Below, in pieces: positions 35,608 to 45,824 of a DNA stretch of 64,000 nt. The DNA is from Candidatus Thorarchaeota archaeon (lineage in GTDB: Archaea; Asgardarchaeota; Thorarchaeia; Thorarchaeales; Thorarchaeaceae). The notes under the pieces were generated by a model. That model was not told the DNA's origin, ran no database searches, and saw only the letters and a program-made list of their open reading frames with translations. The DNA is taken from contig DXJO01000010.1 of NCBI GenBank assembly GCA_019057475.1, positions 64,001 through 128,000 on the forward strand, given 5' to 3'. The translations under genes and the position numbers were made by a program. How positions within the stretch are numbered: position 1 is the first letter of the stretch; each line of letters opens with the position of its first letter.

Positions 35608-36462
35608 ATGCCGGATACGCTAGAATCAATCATGGCTGAGCTTCGCGCTCGAATCAATACAGAGAACACAAAGACCAAGGTTTCTCCTAAAGAGATTGAG
35701 GAGATGAAGTCACACACCGTTGTGGTCCTACCTGCGGGAGGACGAGGATTGCGAATTCGAAATGAAGCGCAAAGCGGAGATATCAACAAGGCCATGATGA
35801 AGATTAATGGATTGAGCATGATTGAGAAAGCAATTCAGGACTATTCGAGCGCTGGCATCAAACGGTTCGTCGTTCTCACAGGTTTTCTTGCAGAGAAGGT
35901 AGAAGAACACTTGGGCGATGGGTCTAGATGGGGCGTTGAGATCAAATACTCGTGTGACCCAGATGGGCGGAAGGTGGGAAATGCAGGTGCTATCCTGCAC
36001 GCCCTCAACAACGGATCACTGGACGACACCTCGACAAGCATTATCCATAACCCCGACGATGTCATAGTAGGCATGAACCGTCCGTATGGGGATGTGTTCC
36101 TTGAGGGACAGGTGAAGGCAAAGAAGAACGGATGTGTGGCTACTTTCGTCGTTGTACCTGACACTCCATTCCAGTACTCTGGGATGATCATAGAGAACGG
36201 ACGAGTCAAAGATGTTACCAAATACCCGCCAATTGCGATTCCTGCTCATACGGGAATCACCATCTTCGATCCCGAGGTTTACTCCTATTTCCGACGACTT
36301 GTTTCGTTGGAGGCTGAATCCTCGTTTGAAAACGTTGTCTGCCCTGTACTGGCTCGGGAGAAACGACTCTTCGCAATCAACATTCCCTCTGAATGTTGGA
36401 TTCCGGTCAATGATTTGAAAGGGCTTGAAAAGGTAAAGACTGCACTGAGTCATGCTGGCTAA
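35608..36462 (+). CDS. Sugar-phosphate nucleotidyltransferase
   Basis: LPAGGRGLR..K, LGDGSRWGVEIKYS, GNAGAI, WIPVND. Confidence 0.9.
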   Translation: MPDTLESIMAELRARINTENTKTKVSPKEIEEMKSHTVVVLPAGGRGLRIRNEAQSGDINKAMMKINGLSMIEKAIQDYSSAGIKRFVVLTGFLAEKVEEHLGDGSRWGVEIKYSCDPDGRKVGNAGAILHALNNGSLDDTSTSIIHNPDDVIVGMNRPYGDVFLEGQVKAKKNGCVATFVVVPDTPFQYSGMIIENGRVKDVTKYPPIAIPAHTGITIFDPEVYSYFRRLVSLEAESSFENVVCPVLAREKRLFAINIPSECWIPVNDLKGLEKVKTALSHAG

Positions 36463-36781
36463 TGGAATCACGTTTCGAAATGCCCTCTGAAGCGATTCCA
36501 TTCGGAATCGCAGATGTTTCAACATGTATCATTCTGATTTACTCCATGTCGCAGCAGTCGGAACCGTAAGCATCGGCCCTGTGAAGTAAGGGCTATCATG
36601 ATTATGAGATGAGCGTCCTTGTGGATTGAATGACCGAAAATCATATAGCAGACACGAATTGTACCAGCAACTTGGCAACGTCTGATAACCACATTGGCCT
36701 CTCTGCCATGCTGGTTGGACAACTGCATCTTCGTGATAACAAGAGATCAAGGTATCTTATTCACAAGTAGGAGAAGGTAAA

Positions 36782-37696
36782 ATGAGCAGCGTATTAGTCA
36801 CAGGGGCAAACGGATTCATAGGCTCACATATTGTTCAGCGACTCAAGGAAGAGAATAAAGTCATCAGTCTTGTATACAGCACTGTTCCTGGACGAGGGCT
36901 GGATACTGCCTTGGAAGGAACAACTGTAATTAATTGCGATATTCGCGATCATCACGCTCTTCGGCGCATACTGGCAAGATATGAAGTAAAACAGGTCTTT
37001 CACACGGCTGCGATTTCTATTGTAAAGACTGCATACTTGGATCCAATAGGCGTATTTGACGTAAACGCGATGGGGACTGTCGCTCTTCTGGAAGCTTGCC
37101 GCCAAGTGGGCGTTGAGAAGATTCTGGTTCTTAATACAGACAAAGTATACGGCGAAGGTCTTGATGCCACTGAAGATAAATCCTATCAGCCTAGCGAACC
37201 ATATGCTGCCTCAAAATGCTGTCAGGGGTTCATAGTTCATTCTTTCATTGATACATATGATATGAACATTGTAATGAGTCATTCTTGCAATGTTTTTGGC
37301 TTTGATCCCAATTCCAACCGAATTGTTCCCAACGTCGTGAAGTCCTGTTTGAAGGGAAGAAAACCCAAGATATTCACTAACGATGACTCTGTGAGAGAGT
37401 ACGTATATGTTGAAGATGTCGTCAGCGCGTTTAAACGATTAATGAATGAGGATGAACACCGAGGTTCTCGCAACATATCAACAGGCTGGGTGTACAATCA
37501 GAAAGACATAGTCCTCAAGATACTGGAGCACTTCGAGAGCTTGGAGCCCCAGTACGTCGAGGGTAAAGTGCCATCCCAGATAGACACGCAATCGCTCAAA
37601 TCGATTAGATGGGATTGGAAGCCAGATTGGAGCTTCGATAATGCCATCAAGGCAACAATTGACAAGTTTGCGTTGTACTCCGGTGATTGGAAATAA
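36782..37696 (+). CDS. NAD-dependent epimerase/dehydratase (CDP-glucose 4,6-dehydratase-like)
   Basis: TGANGFIG, TDKVYG, YAASK. Confidence 0.9.
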   Translation: MSSVLVTGANGFIGSHIVQRLKEENKVISLVYSTVPGRGLDTALEGTTVINCDIRDHHALRRILARYEVKQVFHTAAISIVKTAYLDPIGVFDVNAMGTVALLEACRQVGVEKILVLNTDKVYGEGLDATEDKSYQPSEPYAASKCCQGFIVHSFIDTYDMNIVMSHSCNVFGFDPNSNRIVPNVVKSCLKGRKPKIFTNDDSVREYVYVEDVVSAFKRLMNEDEHRGSRNISTGWVYNQKDIVLKILEHFESLEPQYVEGKVPSQIDTQSLKSIRWDWKPDWSFDNAIKATIDKFALYSGDWK

Positions 37697-37700
37697 TGAA

Positions 37701-37778
37701 CCAATCTCCGAGAGCTGGATTCCAGTAAATGACCTCAAGGGCATCGAGAAGGCAAGACAGGCTCTTACGCAGGAATAG
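37701..37778 (+). pseudogene. Orphan C-terminal remnant of a nucleotidyltransferase paralogous to 35608-36462
   Basis: Hand translation PISESWIPVNDLKGIEKARQALTQE* versus SECWIPVNDLKGLEKVKTALSHAG*. Confidence 0.85.
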
Positions 37779-37904
37779 CAGCTCAAGAGTGAGGGTTCAG
37801 CTCTCGTCAACCATATATTTATCCAAGAGGCAATGCTCCAAATACCTTCAGCACAATCACTCAACTCTTAGAACAGCATAATATTCTCGGGAGTTTGACT
37901 GACC

Positions 37905-38603
37905 ATGAGGACTGTCATAGTGCCAACCCTCAATGAAGAAGATAACATTGAACGCCTGGTTCGTTCGATCTTCAAAGTACTTGGCACTTGGAACACTCAT
38001 GTCCTTATCGTCGACGACGACAGTACTGACCGTACACATGAGGTTGTATCAGATTTATGCAACGAGTTCCCTAGTCTACACATGATTGTACGAAAGGGAG
38101 AACGCGGTCTTGGCAGTGCGGTACGCTTGGGTGCATCTCACTATCGTCAGAGCCAAGTCGTAGTCATGGATGCTGACCTATCACACAATCCCAAGTATCT
38201 CCCATCAATGTTTGAGAAACTTGAACAGGGATTTGACGTGGTTGTTGGCTCAAGATATATCCCGAAAGGTGACATTGTCGGGTGGCTGGGAAGCCGAATT
38301 GCAATCAGCAAAGTGGCGACCGCGATGGCCAGAGCGGTGTTCAGGGTTCCAGTGAGTGACCCGATGAGTGGGTTCGTGGGATGCAGGTCTGGAAGGCTCT
38401 TGGAAGAAGGCTTTGACCATGCGGACTTCAAGTTCCTTCTTGAGATGCTTGTTAAAAATAGGTCACTCAGAGTCACCGAGGTCCCGATTGTATTTCATGA
38501 TCGGGCGAAGGGAACAAGCAAACTCGGTGCAATCACAATCGCGCTCTATATTGGTCTTGTTCTCCGGTTACTGTTCACCAAAGGCAGGAGGCCTCTTTCA
38601 TGA
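37905..38603 (+). CDS. Polyprenol-phosphate mannose synthase (DPM1-like GT2)
   Basis: PTLNE, VDDDSTDRT, GLGSA, MDADLSH.P, GSRY, SDPMSGF. Confidence 0.93.
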   Translation: MRTVIVPTLNEEDNIERLVRSIFKVLGTWNTHVLIVDDDSTDRTHEVVSDLCNEFPSLHMIVRKGERGLGSAVRLGASHYRQSQVVVMDADLSHNPKYLPSMFEKLEQGFDVVVGSRYIPKGDIVGWLGSRIAISKVATAMARAVFRVPVSDPMSGFVGCRSGRLLEEGFDHADFKFLLEMLVKNRSLRVTEVPIVFHDRAKGTSKLGAITIALYIGLVLRLLFTKGRRPLS

Positions 38604-40717
38604 TTGTTGAAGCCCTGCCCAGATTACGCGAAGTCAAAAAGGTAGACATTCTCCTTGCGGTCTCGGTCCTCCTGAATATCTTGATGGCCATAGCGATGAG
38701 AATAGTCGGGAGCTCGATGTATCCATTCTTCATCTTGATTTATACTTGGATTGCAGTCTACGCGGTCTTCCTATCGCTTATCCTTCGTAGGAACAGAATA
38801 GTCGAAAACCCGCTTATCCGGAAGGGGGTTTCCTTGGCGTTGCTGGTCATGTTGACCATCCTTGTCAGACTCGTTTTCATTGGACAAACCGAGCTGATTT
38901 CTCTCGATAGTGTCTGGTACCTGGATTTCGGCAAATTCATCCAGATGAACATGATGCCATACGCCGACTTCTACTTCCCTTACCCTCCCGTCTTTGCCTA
39001 CTTCATTGTGGTGATCTTCAACCTAGCTCCATCTATAGACAGCTTTAGGGTACTAGCGGCGCTGCTTGATGGAGCGGTCCTTATCGTGCTGTGGAAGATT
39101 GCTGATCGCCATGCGGGACCAAAGTGGGCTTCCTTTGTAGCGCTTGCCTATTCTCTGCTTCCAATCTCCATTATCGAGTCCGGTTGGAATGGGCACTTCG
39201 AACCGCTTGCCAATCTATTCATGCTGTTGTCGTTGTGGTTCATCTTTGATGGCCGCCACCGATTGAGCAGCTTGGCACTGGGCTTGGCTGTCGCCACGAA
39301 AGTATATCCTCTTCTTCTGGCGCCTATCTTCTTCTTTTACATCAAGAGCTGGCGAAAAAGGATCGAGTTTGCTGTAGTAGGAACTTCGACCACTGCGTTG
39401 ACATTTCTACCATTCATCATTCCTGTCTGGATGAGGGGTGGCACGGTTCCACCTAATGGTGCAACTCCTTCCAGCAGTTCCACTGATTTATTCAGTTCTC
39501 TCCTTGGCTTTCTGACCAGTCCACAATATCCCACTCAGGTCGTGTCAATCATTGTCTTCGCATTGGTCTTTCTGGGAAGCATCATGATAGTTCGACAGCT
39601 GGCTCAAGATAATCCCCAATCGAACCATCGTGTGTATCAATGGGCGGTGTTGTTTGCAGGCGCTGTCCTCGTAGTGATGGGTTTGGCTGCCGCTCTGTAC
39701 CCCCTATCTCCTCTGTCGAGGTATGTCTATTGGCGCTATCCTCCCGATATAGGAATTGTGAGGGGCGCCTCAGCTGTCTTCATTGGCTCCCTAATCATGA
39801 TGATGGGATATCGAGGTCTTCGGAAGAAAACAACGATTACTGTTTCCACGAACTCGATGGTCCTCCTTGTTTCGGGAGCACTGCTTCTCATCATGACAAT
39901 GTCACGCGGCGTCTTCTATGGATGGTATCTTCTCTGGCCCTTGCCAATGTTCTTTTTATTGAGGAACAAAAAGCTCGCTATCTTTACGCTGCTTTGTCTT
40001 CTACTGATTTATCCCAGCTATACGCATGACAACTTCGCGTCGCTGGGCTTCGAGGAGAACAGGCTGTGGCAAGACGAGTTCACATCCATGGACGGATGGG
40101 TACCATATGTCAACATATCTGGAACCGGACTACAGCCCAACTTGGTGGAAGCTGGGGTCCGCTCCAATGGGGGCCTAGGAGAGTTCTGGTTCGACACTAG
40201 TGATGTATCAAACGCGTCGCGGCTAGAGAATGTGACAATCTCCTATACGAAATCGGTCCAAATCGATTTCAATATCGATATTGAATTCGTGACAAGGATG
40301 ACCGCCAGCTGGGATCCCACCTTTGGACGATACGCAGACATTTCCCTGATGTACGAGGGTCACGATGAATATGGCCATCGCATCAACGGCACAATCATAC
40401 CTATGATTAGTCTGATGACCAATCTAACCTTCGTCCTGTGGCGGTATTCCTTCTCGATTGCCGAAGTCCCTGTGAATGCGGGGACTATTGACAACCTCAC
40501 TCTTGTCGTTTATCCTGTGCGGTCGGGGTACGCGTTTTATGGAGTCGACTTCTTCTACACAACCTACTATGGGCTCTTGAATCCCTCATTCTTCCTGTTC
40601 ATGCCCATCCACATGGCCTTGGCACTTACCGCATACGCTGTCCTTCATTTTGAGCTGAAGAGATTGGATCAATACGTCACAAGGAAGAAGGAGTTAGATC
40701 CAGAGTCTGCAAAATGA
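38600..40717 (+). CDS. GT-C membrane glycosyltransferase (GT87/PIG-M-like) with C-terminal extracellular domain
   Basis: PY.DF..PYPP, G.FE, LGLAVATKVYP, WYLLW.LP; many TM helices; coupled to the DPM1-like gene. Confidence 0.75.
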   Translation: MIVEALPRLREVKKVDILLAVSVLLNILMAIAMRIVGSSMYPFFILIYTWIAVYAVFLSLILRRNRIVENPLIRKGVSLALLVMLTILVRLVFIGQTELISLDSVWYLDFGKFIQMNMMPYADFYFPYPPVFAYFIVVIFNLAPSIDSFRVLAALLDGAVLIVLWKIADRHAGPKWASFVALAYSLLPISIIESGWNGHFEPLANLFMLLSLWFIFDGRHRLSSLALGLAVATKVYPLLLAPIFFFYIKSWRKRIEFAVVGTSTTALTFLPFIIPVWMRGGTVPPNGATPSSSSTDLFSSLLGFLTSPQYPTQVVSIIVFALVFLGSIMIVRQLAQDNPQSNHRVYQWAVLFAGAVLVVMGLAAALYPLSPLSRYVYWRYPPDIGIVRGASAVFIGSLIMMMGYRGLRKKTTITVSTNSMVLLVSGALLLIMTMSRGVFYGWYLLWPLPMFFLLRNKKLAIFTLLCLLLIYPSYTHDNFASLGFEENRLWQDEFTSMDGWVPYVNISGTGLQPNLVEAGVRSNGGLGEFWFDTSDVSNASRLENVTISYTKSVQIDFNIDIEFVTRMTASWDPTFGRYADISLMYEGHDEYGHRINGTIIPMISLMTNLTFVLWRYSFSIAEVPVNAGTIDNLTLVVYPVRSGYAFYGVDFFYTTYYGLLNPSFFLFMPIHMALALTAYAVLHFELKRLDQYVTRKKELDPESAK

Positions 40718-40830
40718 CAATCGGGTGTAGTGCCAGAGCCTCCTAGATTCCAAGAATGCTCAGGCGCTGGACATGTTCCAGCAACATTTAAAGCAGCACA
40801 CGAATTGCTGCGCAGCAGGTGTGAAACGGG

Positions 40831-41781
40831 ATGGAACGCGTTCTTGTGACAGGAGGAGCTGGCTTCATTGGAAGCCACCTAGTCGACCGATTGATTCGTG
40901 ACAACGAGGTTGTTGTTCTTGATGACCTATCAGCAGGTTCTGAAGAAAACCTGCAACAACATATGGACAATGAACGGTTTAGATTCATCAAAGGTTCAAT
41001 CACAAGGGAAAAAGATGTCAATATGGCCCTAGATGGAGTCACTATAGTGTTTCATTTTGCCGCACAGCCAGACGTTCGCCTCAGCGTTGAGCGTCCGAAA
41101 TGGGACTTCGAGATCAACGTTGGAGGAAGCTTGGAACTCCTAGAGGCCATGAGAAAGAACGATGTGAAGCGGATGGTATTCGCTTCATCCGGCGGGACTG
41201 TCTATGGAGAAACAGATGTCTTTCCAACCCCTGAGGTCACTGCCTTCCGTCCAATAAGCAACTATGGCGCTGCGAAGGGTGCATTTGAGATGTACCTGAA
41301 CTCATACGCCGAGCTATACGGGATTGACTCAGTTAGTATGAGGTTAGCAAACGTAATCGGGCCACGGTCAGCTCATGGAGTAATGCATGACTTCTACATG
41401 AAGCTAAAGAGGAATCCAAAACATCTCGAGGTCCTTGGGGACGGAACACAGGAGAAGGCATACATGTACATTTCCGACACCGTCGAGGCTGCGTTGGTCC
41501 TTGCTGAGAATATTGGGAGGGGTCACCTCCCGGTGAATGTGAGTTCCGGGGAGCGACTGACCGTTACTCGCATCGCTGAGCTTGTGTGCAAGGAACTCGG
41601 CGTTCCCAACGCACACTTAGCCTACACCGGTGGCAAACGTGGGTGGACTGGAGACGTCGTTAGGACCGATATTGACATCACCAAGCTAGCGTCATTTGGA
41701 TGGCAGCCTCGTGTTCCGCTCGAAGAAGGAGTCAGGCTCTACCTGCGTTGGCTAATCAAGAAGTTCGGCCCTGTGAAGTAG
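40831..41781 (+). CDS. NAD-dependent epimerase (UDP-glucose 4-epimerase-like)
   Basis: TGGAGFIGSH, FASSGGTVYG, YGAAK. Confidence 0.93.
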   Translation: MERVLVTGGAGFIGSHLVDRLIRDNEVVVLDDLSAGSEENLQQHMDNERFRFIKGSITREKDVNMALDGVTIVFHFAAQPDVRLSVERPKWDFEINVGGSLELLEAMRKNDVKRMVFASSGGTVYGETDVFPTPEVTAFRPISNYGAAKGAFEMYLNSYAELYGIDSVSMRLANVIGPRSAHGVMHDFYMKLKRNPKHLEVLGDGTQEKAYMYISDTVEAALVLAENIGRGHLPVNVSSGERLTVTRIAELVCKELGVPNAHLAYTGGKRGWTGDVVRTDIDITKLASFGWQPRVPLEEGVRLYLRWLIKKFGPVK

Positions 41782-41900
41782 CATCGCTGTCGAAGAGGAA
41801 TCTCATTGAAAAGGCAGCTCCAACGGACTGTTCTGGTGTTCGGATTTCTCTCCAATCCACTTATATCATAACTGTGGCGATTCGATTTCCCAGTTATTAG

Positions 41901-43187
41901 ATGGTTGCTACCTTGAAACCGCCGAGTTCCCCAAAGCGCATTGCCGTCTTTGTTGAGCATTTTCCTCCATATCTTGGTTCAGACAGGTCCATCTTCGAGT
42001 TGTCCAAGAGGGCAGCCGCAAGGGGTGTGAAGATCCATTTCGTGGTTACACAGCCACTTCGGTATCTCTATGGTCAGCGTCCGAAAACTTGGAAGTACAA
42101 GGAAAACTGGAAGGGTCCACCTCCAAAGGTTCACAGCAATATCAGCGCGAGATACTTGCTCTTGGGGAAGTGGATAGAGGCACTATGGCTTCGCTTTCTG
42201 CCCTTGGCTTATCTGATAACACTAGTACTCTTCACCGCATCCTCGCTGAAGGAACTACTCCGCTTCAGGCCGGATATGGTCGTTTGTGCACATGCATCTC
42301 CTATCCTTGGCGTAGTGGCGTATCTCTCTGCAAAGCTCTCCTTCAAGCCAATACTGATGGCCGTTCCTGATTGGATGTCCGCATATGCGGCTGGTTTAAT
42401 GCAGGAAAGTATGGCTAGCCTTGGCCCTTCTCTGCTGCAGATGGTCGAGCTCAGGCTCTACAAGTTGGCGAACCGAATCATCACTGCAACAGAGTTCTTG
42501 AAGAGTCTCTTGACTGATTATGGGGTTCGACCGGAAATTATGACCGTGATTCCAAACGGTGTAGACCCCGATCAATTCTCTCCTTCAATCGACTGTTCTG
42601 ATATCGTTCAGAAGTATCGGCTCAAGAACCGCTGTGTCGTCCTATTCTCAGGCCATCTGGAGGAGTGGGCTGGACTGTCACTCATCTATGACCTAGCGAA
42701 ACGGCTTGATAGTGATGTTCCTCAGTCGCACATTCTCCTCGTTGGATCCGGGAGAACGGTAGGGCTGCTCCTTGGGAAGCTCGTTACCAGTGGTTTGGGC
42801 CACATGGTGACACATGCCGGATTCCATCCATTCAAGGAGATGCCCAAGTTCATTGCTACTTCAGATGTTGCGCTATGCCTCTTTCCTGACACCCCTGTGT
42901 CCCACGCAGCATCCCCATTGAAGCTATTCGAGTACATGGGATCTGGAAGAGCTATAGTTGCTACATCGGTAGCGGGCACATCTGAGATTCTTGACGATAC
43001 TATGGGTGTCTTGATTCCGCCCGGCAATGTTGATGAAATATGTGATGCAGTCGTGAAACTCTGTCAGCATCCCGATCTACGGAAGGAACTAGGCGAGAAG
43101 GCTCGTAGAGTTGTCACTCAGAAGTATACTTGGGAATTCCTTGCGGGACGATTCCTAAATGAATGCAGGACCACTCTCAAATCTTAA
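41901..43187 (+). CDS. GT4 glycosyltransferase
   Basis: VIPNGVD, SPLKLFEYMGSG. Confidence 0.9.
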   Translation: MVATLKPPSSPKRIAVFVEHFPPYLGSDRSIFELSKRAAARGVKIHFVVTQPLRYLYGQRPKTWKYKENWKGPPPKVHSNISARYLLLGKWIEALWLRFLPLAYLITLVLFTASSLKELLRFRPDMVVCAHASPILGVVAYLSAKLSFKPILMAVPDWMSAYAAGLMQESMASLGPSLLQMVELRLYKLANRIITATEFLKSLLTDYGVRPEIMTVIPNGVDPDQFSPSIDCSDIVQKYRLKNRCVVLFSGHLEEWAGLSLIYDLAKRLDSDVPQSHILLVGSGRTVGLLLGKLVTSGLGHMVTHAGFHPFKEMPKFIATSDVALCLFPDTPVSHAASPLKLFEYMGSGRAIVATSVAGTSEILDDTMGVLIPPGNVDEICDAVVKLCQHPDLRKELGEKARRVVTQKYTWEFLAGRFLNECRTTLKS

Positions 43188-44391
43188 GGACCCTCTCGTA
43201 GTACTCTACTGTTCTGTTAGCTGCGCGGCGCCAAGTTTCTCTCTGAGCATAGGACACCTGACTCTGGCCGAGCCTTGTCGCAAGGTTATCATCCGAAAGG
43301 ATATTCTCTAGCCTCTTCGCGAGGCTCTTTGAATCACCTGCCTTGAAGAGGAGCACATTCCCACCGATGGACTCTCTCATGTGATAGCCAACATCTGCGG
43401 CTACAATCGGAATCCCATATCCTGCGTAATTGTGAATCGGACCACTCGCCCCCACGCTCTCTGTGTAAGGGAAGAGAATTGCAGAGGCCGCAGAGAAATA
43501 GACAGGAACTCTCTCTTCAGGAATGAACTCTGTGTCGAATCTGACGTGGTCATCTAGTGACAGTCGTGTGGTCTGTTCCCGGAGTTCCTGCAGATAGATC
43601 ATACCCTCCTTGTCTTGAGGAGTTCCAGCGATCAACATGATTGCATTTGGCGAAGAATCCCTAATCCGTTGCATCGCGCCTATCGCAACATCGATTCCCT
43701 TCCCTCGTCGAATGAAACCAAACATCAAGACGATTCTCCTGTCTGTGAGCCCAAGCATCTCAGATGCACTATTGCAATCCAGTTGCTTCGTGGGCAGTCT
43801 ACACGGATGGGGAATCTCGACGACCTTCTCCGGACGATAGCCGAAGTCACGGAGAAACGCTTTCCTTAGGAGTGAATTCGTCTTCACGGTGCTCAGCTGA
43901 AGGACATCAGTGCCCCAATCCAAAAGGCGCATGTATGCTCTGAAGGCCGCCTTCGCGAAAAACAAGAAACGACTCAGAAACCGAAATGTCCCAGCCCTCT
44001 CCACAACCTGGTCAGCCATCCACGTGCTGTGTAGAGTCACTGTCGTACGGAAGCCAAAGAGCCTGCATAGGATTAGAAACAGGAGCATGGGTTCGCCGAA
44101 GAGTCCGCCATAGACCTCGCCATGAGGGCCGAACTGAACATGCACGATGTGGGGGCGCACTCTCTTGAGATGCTTCATCAGGGTAAATGGATACCATGGA
44201 GATCGACCATCCCACACGTTCAGGGTTTCCACGAAGCCTATTTCAGTTACTATCGCTTTTGCGTTCTTTCCTGTCAGAGCAGTGACTTGGCTCTTGCCAG
44301 TTCTAACAAGCTCTGTGATAAGTTTCGCAGTGTATAGTGACTCTCCAGTCCGCTGGGGCGGCAGAGGTGACACCATGGCGATTCTCAGCAT
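43177..44391 (-). CDS. GT4 glycosyltransferase
   Basis: FGFIRRGKG, FPY..SVGASG. Confidence 0.88.
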   Translation of the reverse strand: MLRIAMVSPLPPQRTGESLYTAKLITELVRTGKSQVTALTGKNAKAIVTEIGFVETLNVWDGRSPWYPFTLMKHLKRVRPHIVHVQFGPHGEVYGGLFGEPMLLFLILCRLFGFRTTVTLHSTWMADQVVERAGTFRFLSRFLFFAKAAFRAYMRLLDWGTDVLQLSTVKTNSLLRKAFLRDFGYRPEKVVEIPHPCRLPTKQLDCNSASEMLGLTDRRIVLMFGFIRRGKGIDVAIGAMQRIRDSSPNAIMLIAGTPQDKEGMIYLQELREQTTRLSLDDHVRFDTEFIPEERVPVYFSAASAILFPYTESVGASGPIHNYAGYGIPIVAADVGYHMRESIGGNVLLFKAGDSKSLAKRLENILSDDNLATRLGQSQVSYAQRETWRRAANRTVEYYERVLKI

Positions 44392-44660
44392 TAGCCTCTT
44401 GCTTAATCATCATGGGCTATTCAAAAGAGTTTCTCGAGAGAATAGGGCTCAACGTTCTTTGAGCACAAAGCCGATAGATCTCCCAAGCAAAGATGATGTT
44501 TCCATAGGAATCCGACGAGCACGATGATCGCCCCAGAGTTCCCCATTCTTGCATAAGCGCCCTTAGTTTGGCAACTACTTTATAATGCTTATCACCGACT
44601 GTGTGATAGGTATTCAAACTAAAGAGAAATTTTCATTACGCTGGTGAATGTGAGTAGTCT

Positions 44661-45824
44661 ATGTCTAGAGTGGCCTATGTGAGCAGCTACGCGCCGAGGG
44701 TGTGCGGAATAGCTACCTTCACTGAGGACCTAACTAGGAACATTAACACCCTCAACGCCTTGGAGCCTGCGGCCATCGTTGCAATGAATGACCCAGGCTC
44801 ATCGTACTGCTACGGAAAAGAGGTAGTACTGCAGATTGATGAGGAGGACAAGGAAACCTATCAGCAGGTGGCCTATCAGATCAACAGTTCAGACTTTGAC
44901 TTGATAAACGTGCAACACGAATTTGGGCTCTTCGGTGGGGAGTGGGGAAACTATCTCTTGACCCTCCTTGAGAAACTGAGCAAGCCTAGTGTCACTACAA
45001 TGCACACTACACTGTCACCCGACTCGAAAAGAACGCAATCCCTAGGACAGATAGATATCCACAACAAGGTGGTACGGGGGATAGGGCAATACAGCTCCGC
45101 TCTCGTAGTCATGACGAAGATAGCGGCTAACATATTGCGAGAAGGGTATGATGTAGATGTTGAGAAGATCAAGGTCATACCACATGGATGTCCTGACATG
45201 CCGCTTGTGTCGAGTAATCAGGGAAAGAAGGATCTGGGTCTGGTCGACAGAAGTGTCTTGTCTACCATTGGTCTGTTGAGTCGAGACAAAGGAATTCAAA
45301 ATACGATTAGAGCACTACCGGAAATTGTCAAAGACACCCCTGAGATCCTCTATCTGGTCATTGGAATAACTCATCCGCAAGTCAGACTCTTCGAGGGGGA
45401 GAAATACAGAAAACGTCTCATGAGGCTGGTGAAGAAGCTAGGGCTAGAGAAGAACGTCAAATTCCACAACCGTTTCCTGAGCAAACAGGAACTGATACGA
45501 TACCTACAGGCCACGGACATCTACGTCTGCTCCCACGTCAATAAGGACCAGCTCTCAAGCGGGACAATCACCTATGCCTTAGGGGCAGGAAAGGCTATTG
45601 TTTCTACCCCCTTCTACTACGCCGTGGAAGTCCTGAATGAGGGACGCGGATTGTTAAGTAAATTCAGAAGCCCCCGTTCCATTGCTGAATGCATCACACG
45701 ACTCTTGAAAGACCCAGAGCTGAAAGCTCGCACAGAAAAACTAGCATACGAGTATAGTCGTGACATGACATGGCCCCGCGTGGCCTCCAGATATGTTTCC
45801 TTGTTTAGAGAAGTGATCCAATGA
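44661..45824 (+). CDS. GT4 glycosyltransferase (mannosyltransferase-like)
   Basis: PR.CGIATFT.DL, QHEFGLFGG, IPHG, G.THP, Q.SSGT..YALGAGKA.VSTP. Confidence 0.93.
   Translation: MSRVAYVSSYAPRVCGIATFTEDLTRNINTLNALEPAAIVAMNDPGSSYCYGKEVVLQIDEEDKETYQQVAYQINSSDFDLINVQHEFGLFGGEWGNYLLTLLEKLSKPSVTTMHTTLSPDSKRTQSLGQIDIHNKVVRGIGQYSSALVVMTKIAANILREGYDVDVEKIKVIPHGCPDMPLVSSNQGKKDLGLVDRSVLSTIGLLSRDKGIQNTIRALPEIVKDTPEILYLVIGITHPQVRLFEGEKYRKRLMRLVKKLGLEKNVKFHNRFLSKQELIRYLQATDIYVCSHVNKDQLSSGTITYALGAGKAIVSTPFYYAVEVLNEGRGLLSKFRSPRSIAECITRLLKDPELKARTEKLAYEYSRDMTWPRVASRYVSLFREVIQ

Noticed and set aside
36573-36588. 16-nt match TCGGCCCTGTGAAGTA also at 41765-41780, resembling the IS end
   Set aside because: No flanking protein similarity, partner TIR or TSD; one 16-mer match is near chance expectation in 64 kb.
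36680-36780. Short frame WLDNCIFVITRDQG resembling a sulfatase motif
   Set aside because: Too short and degenerate to support without a search.
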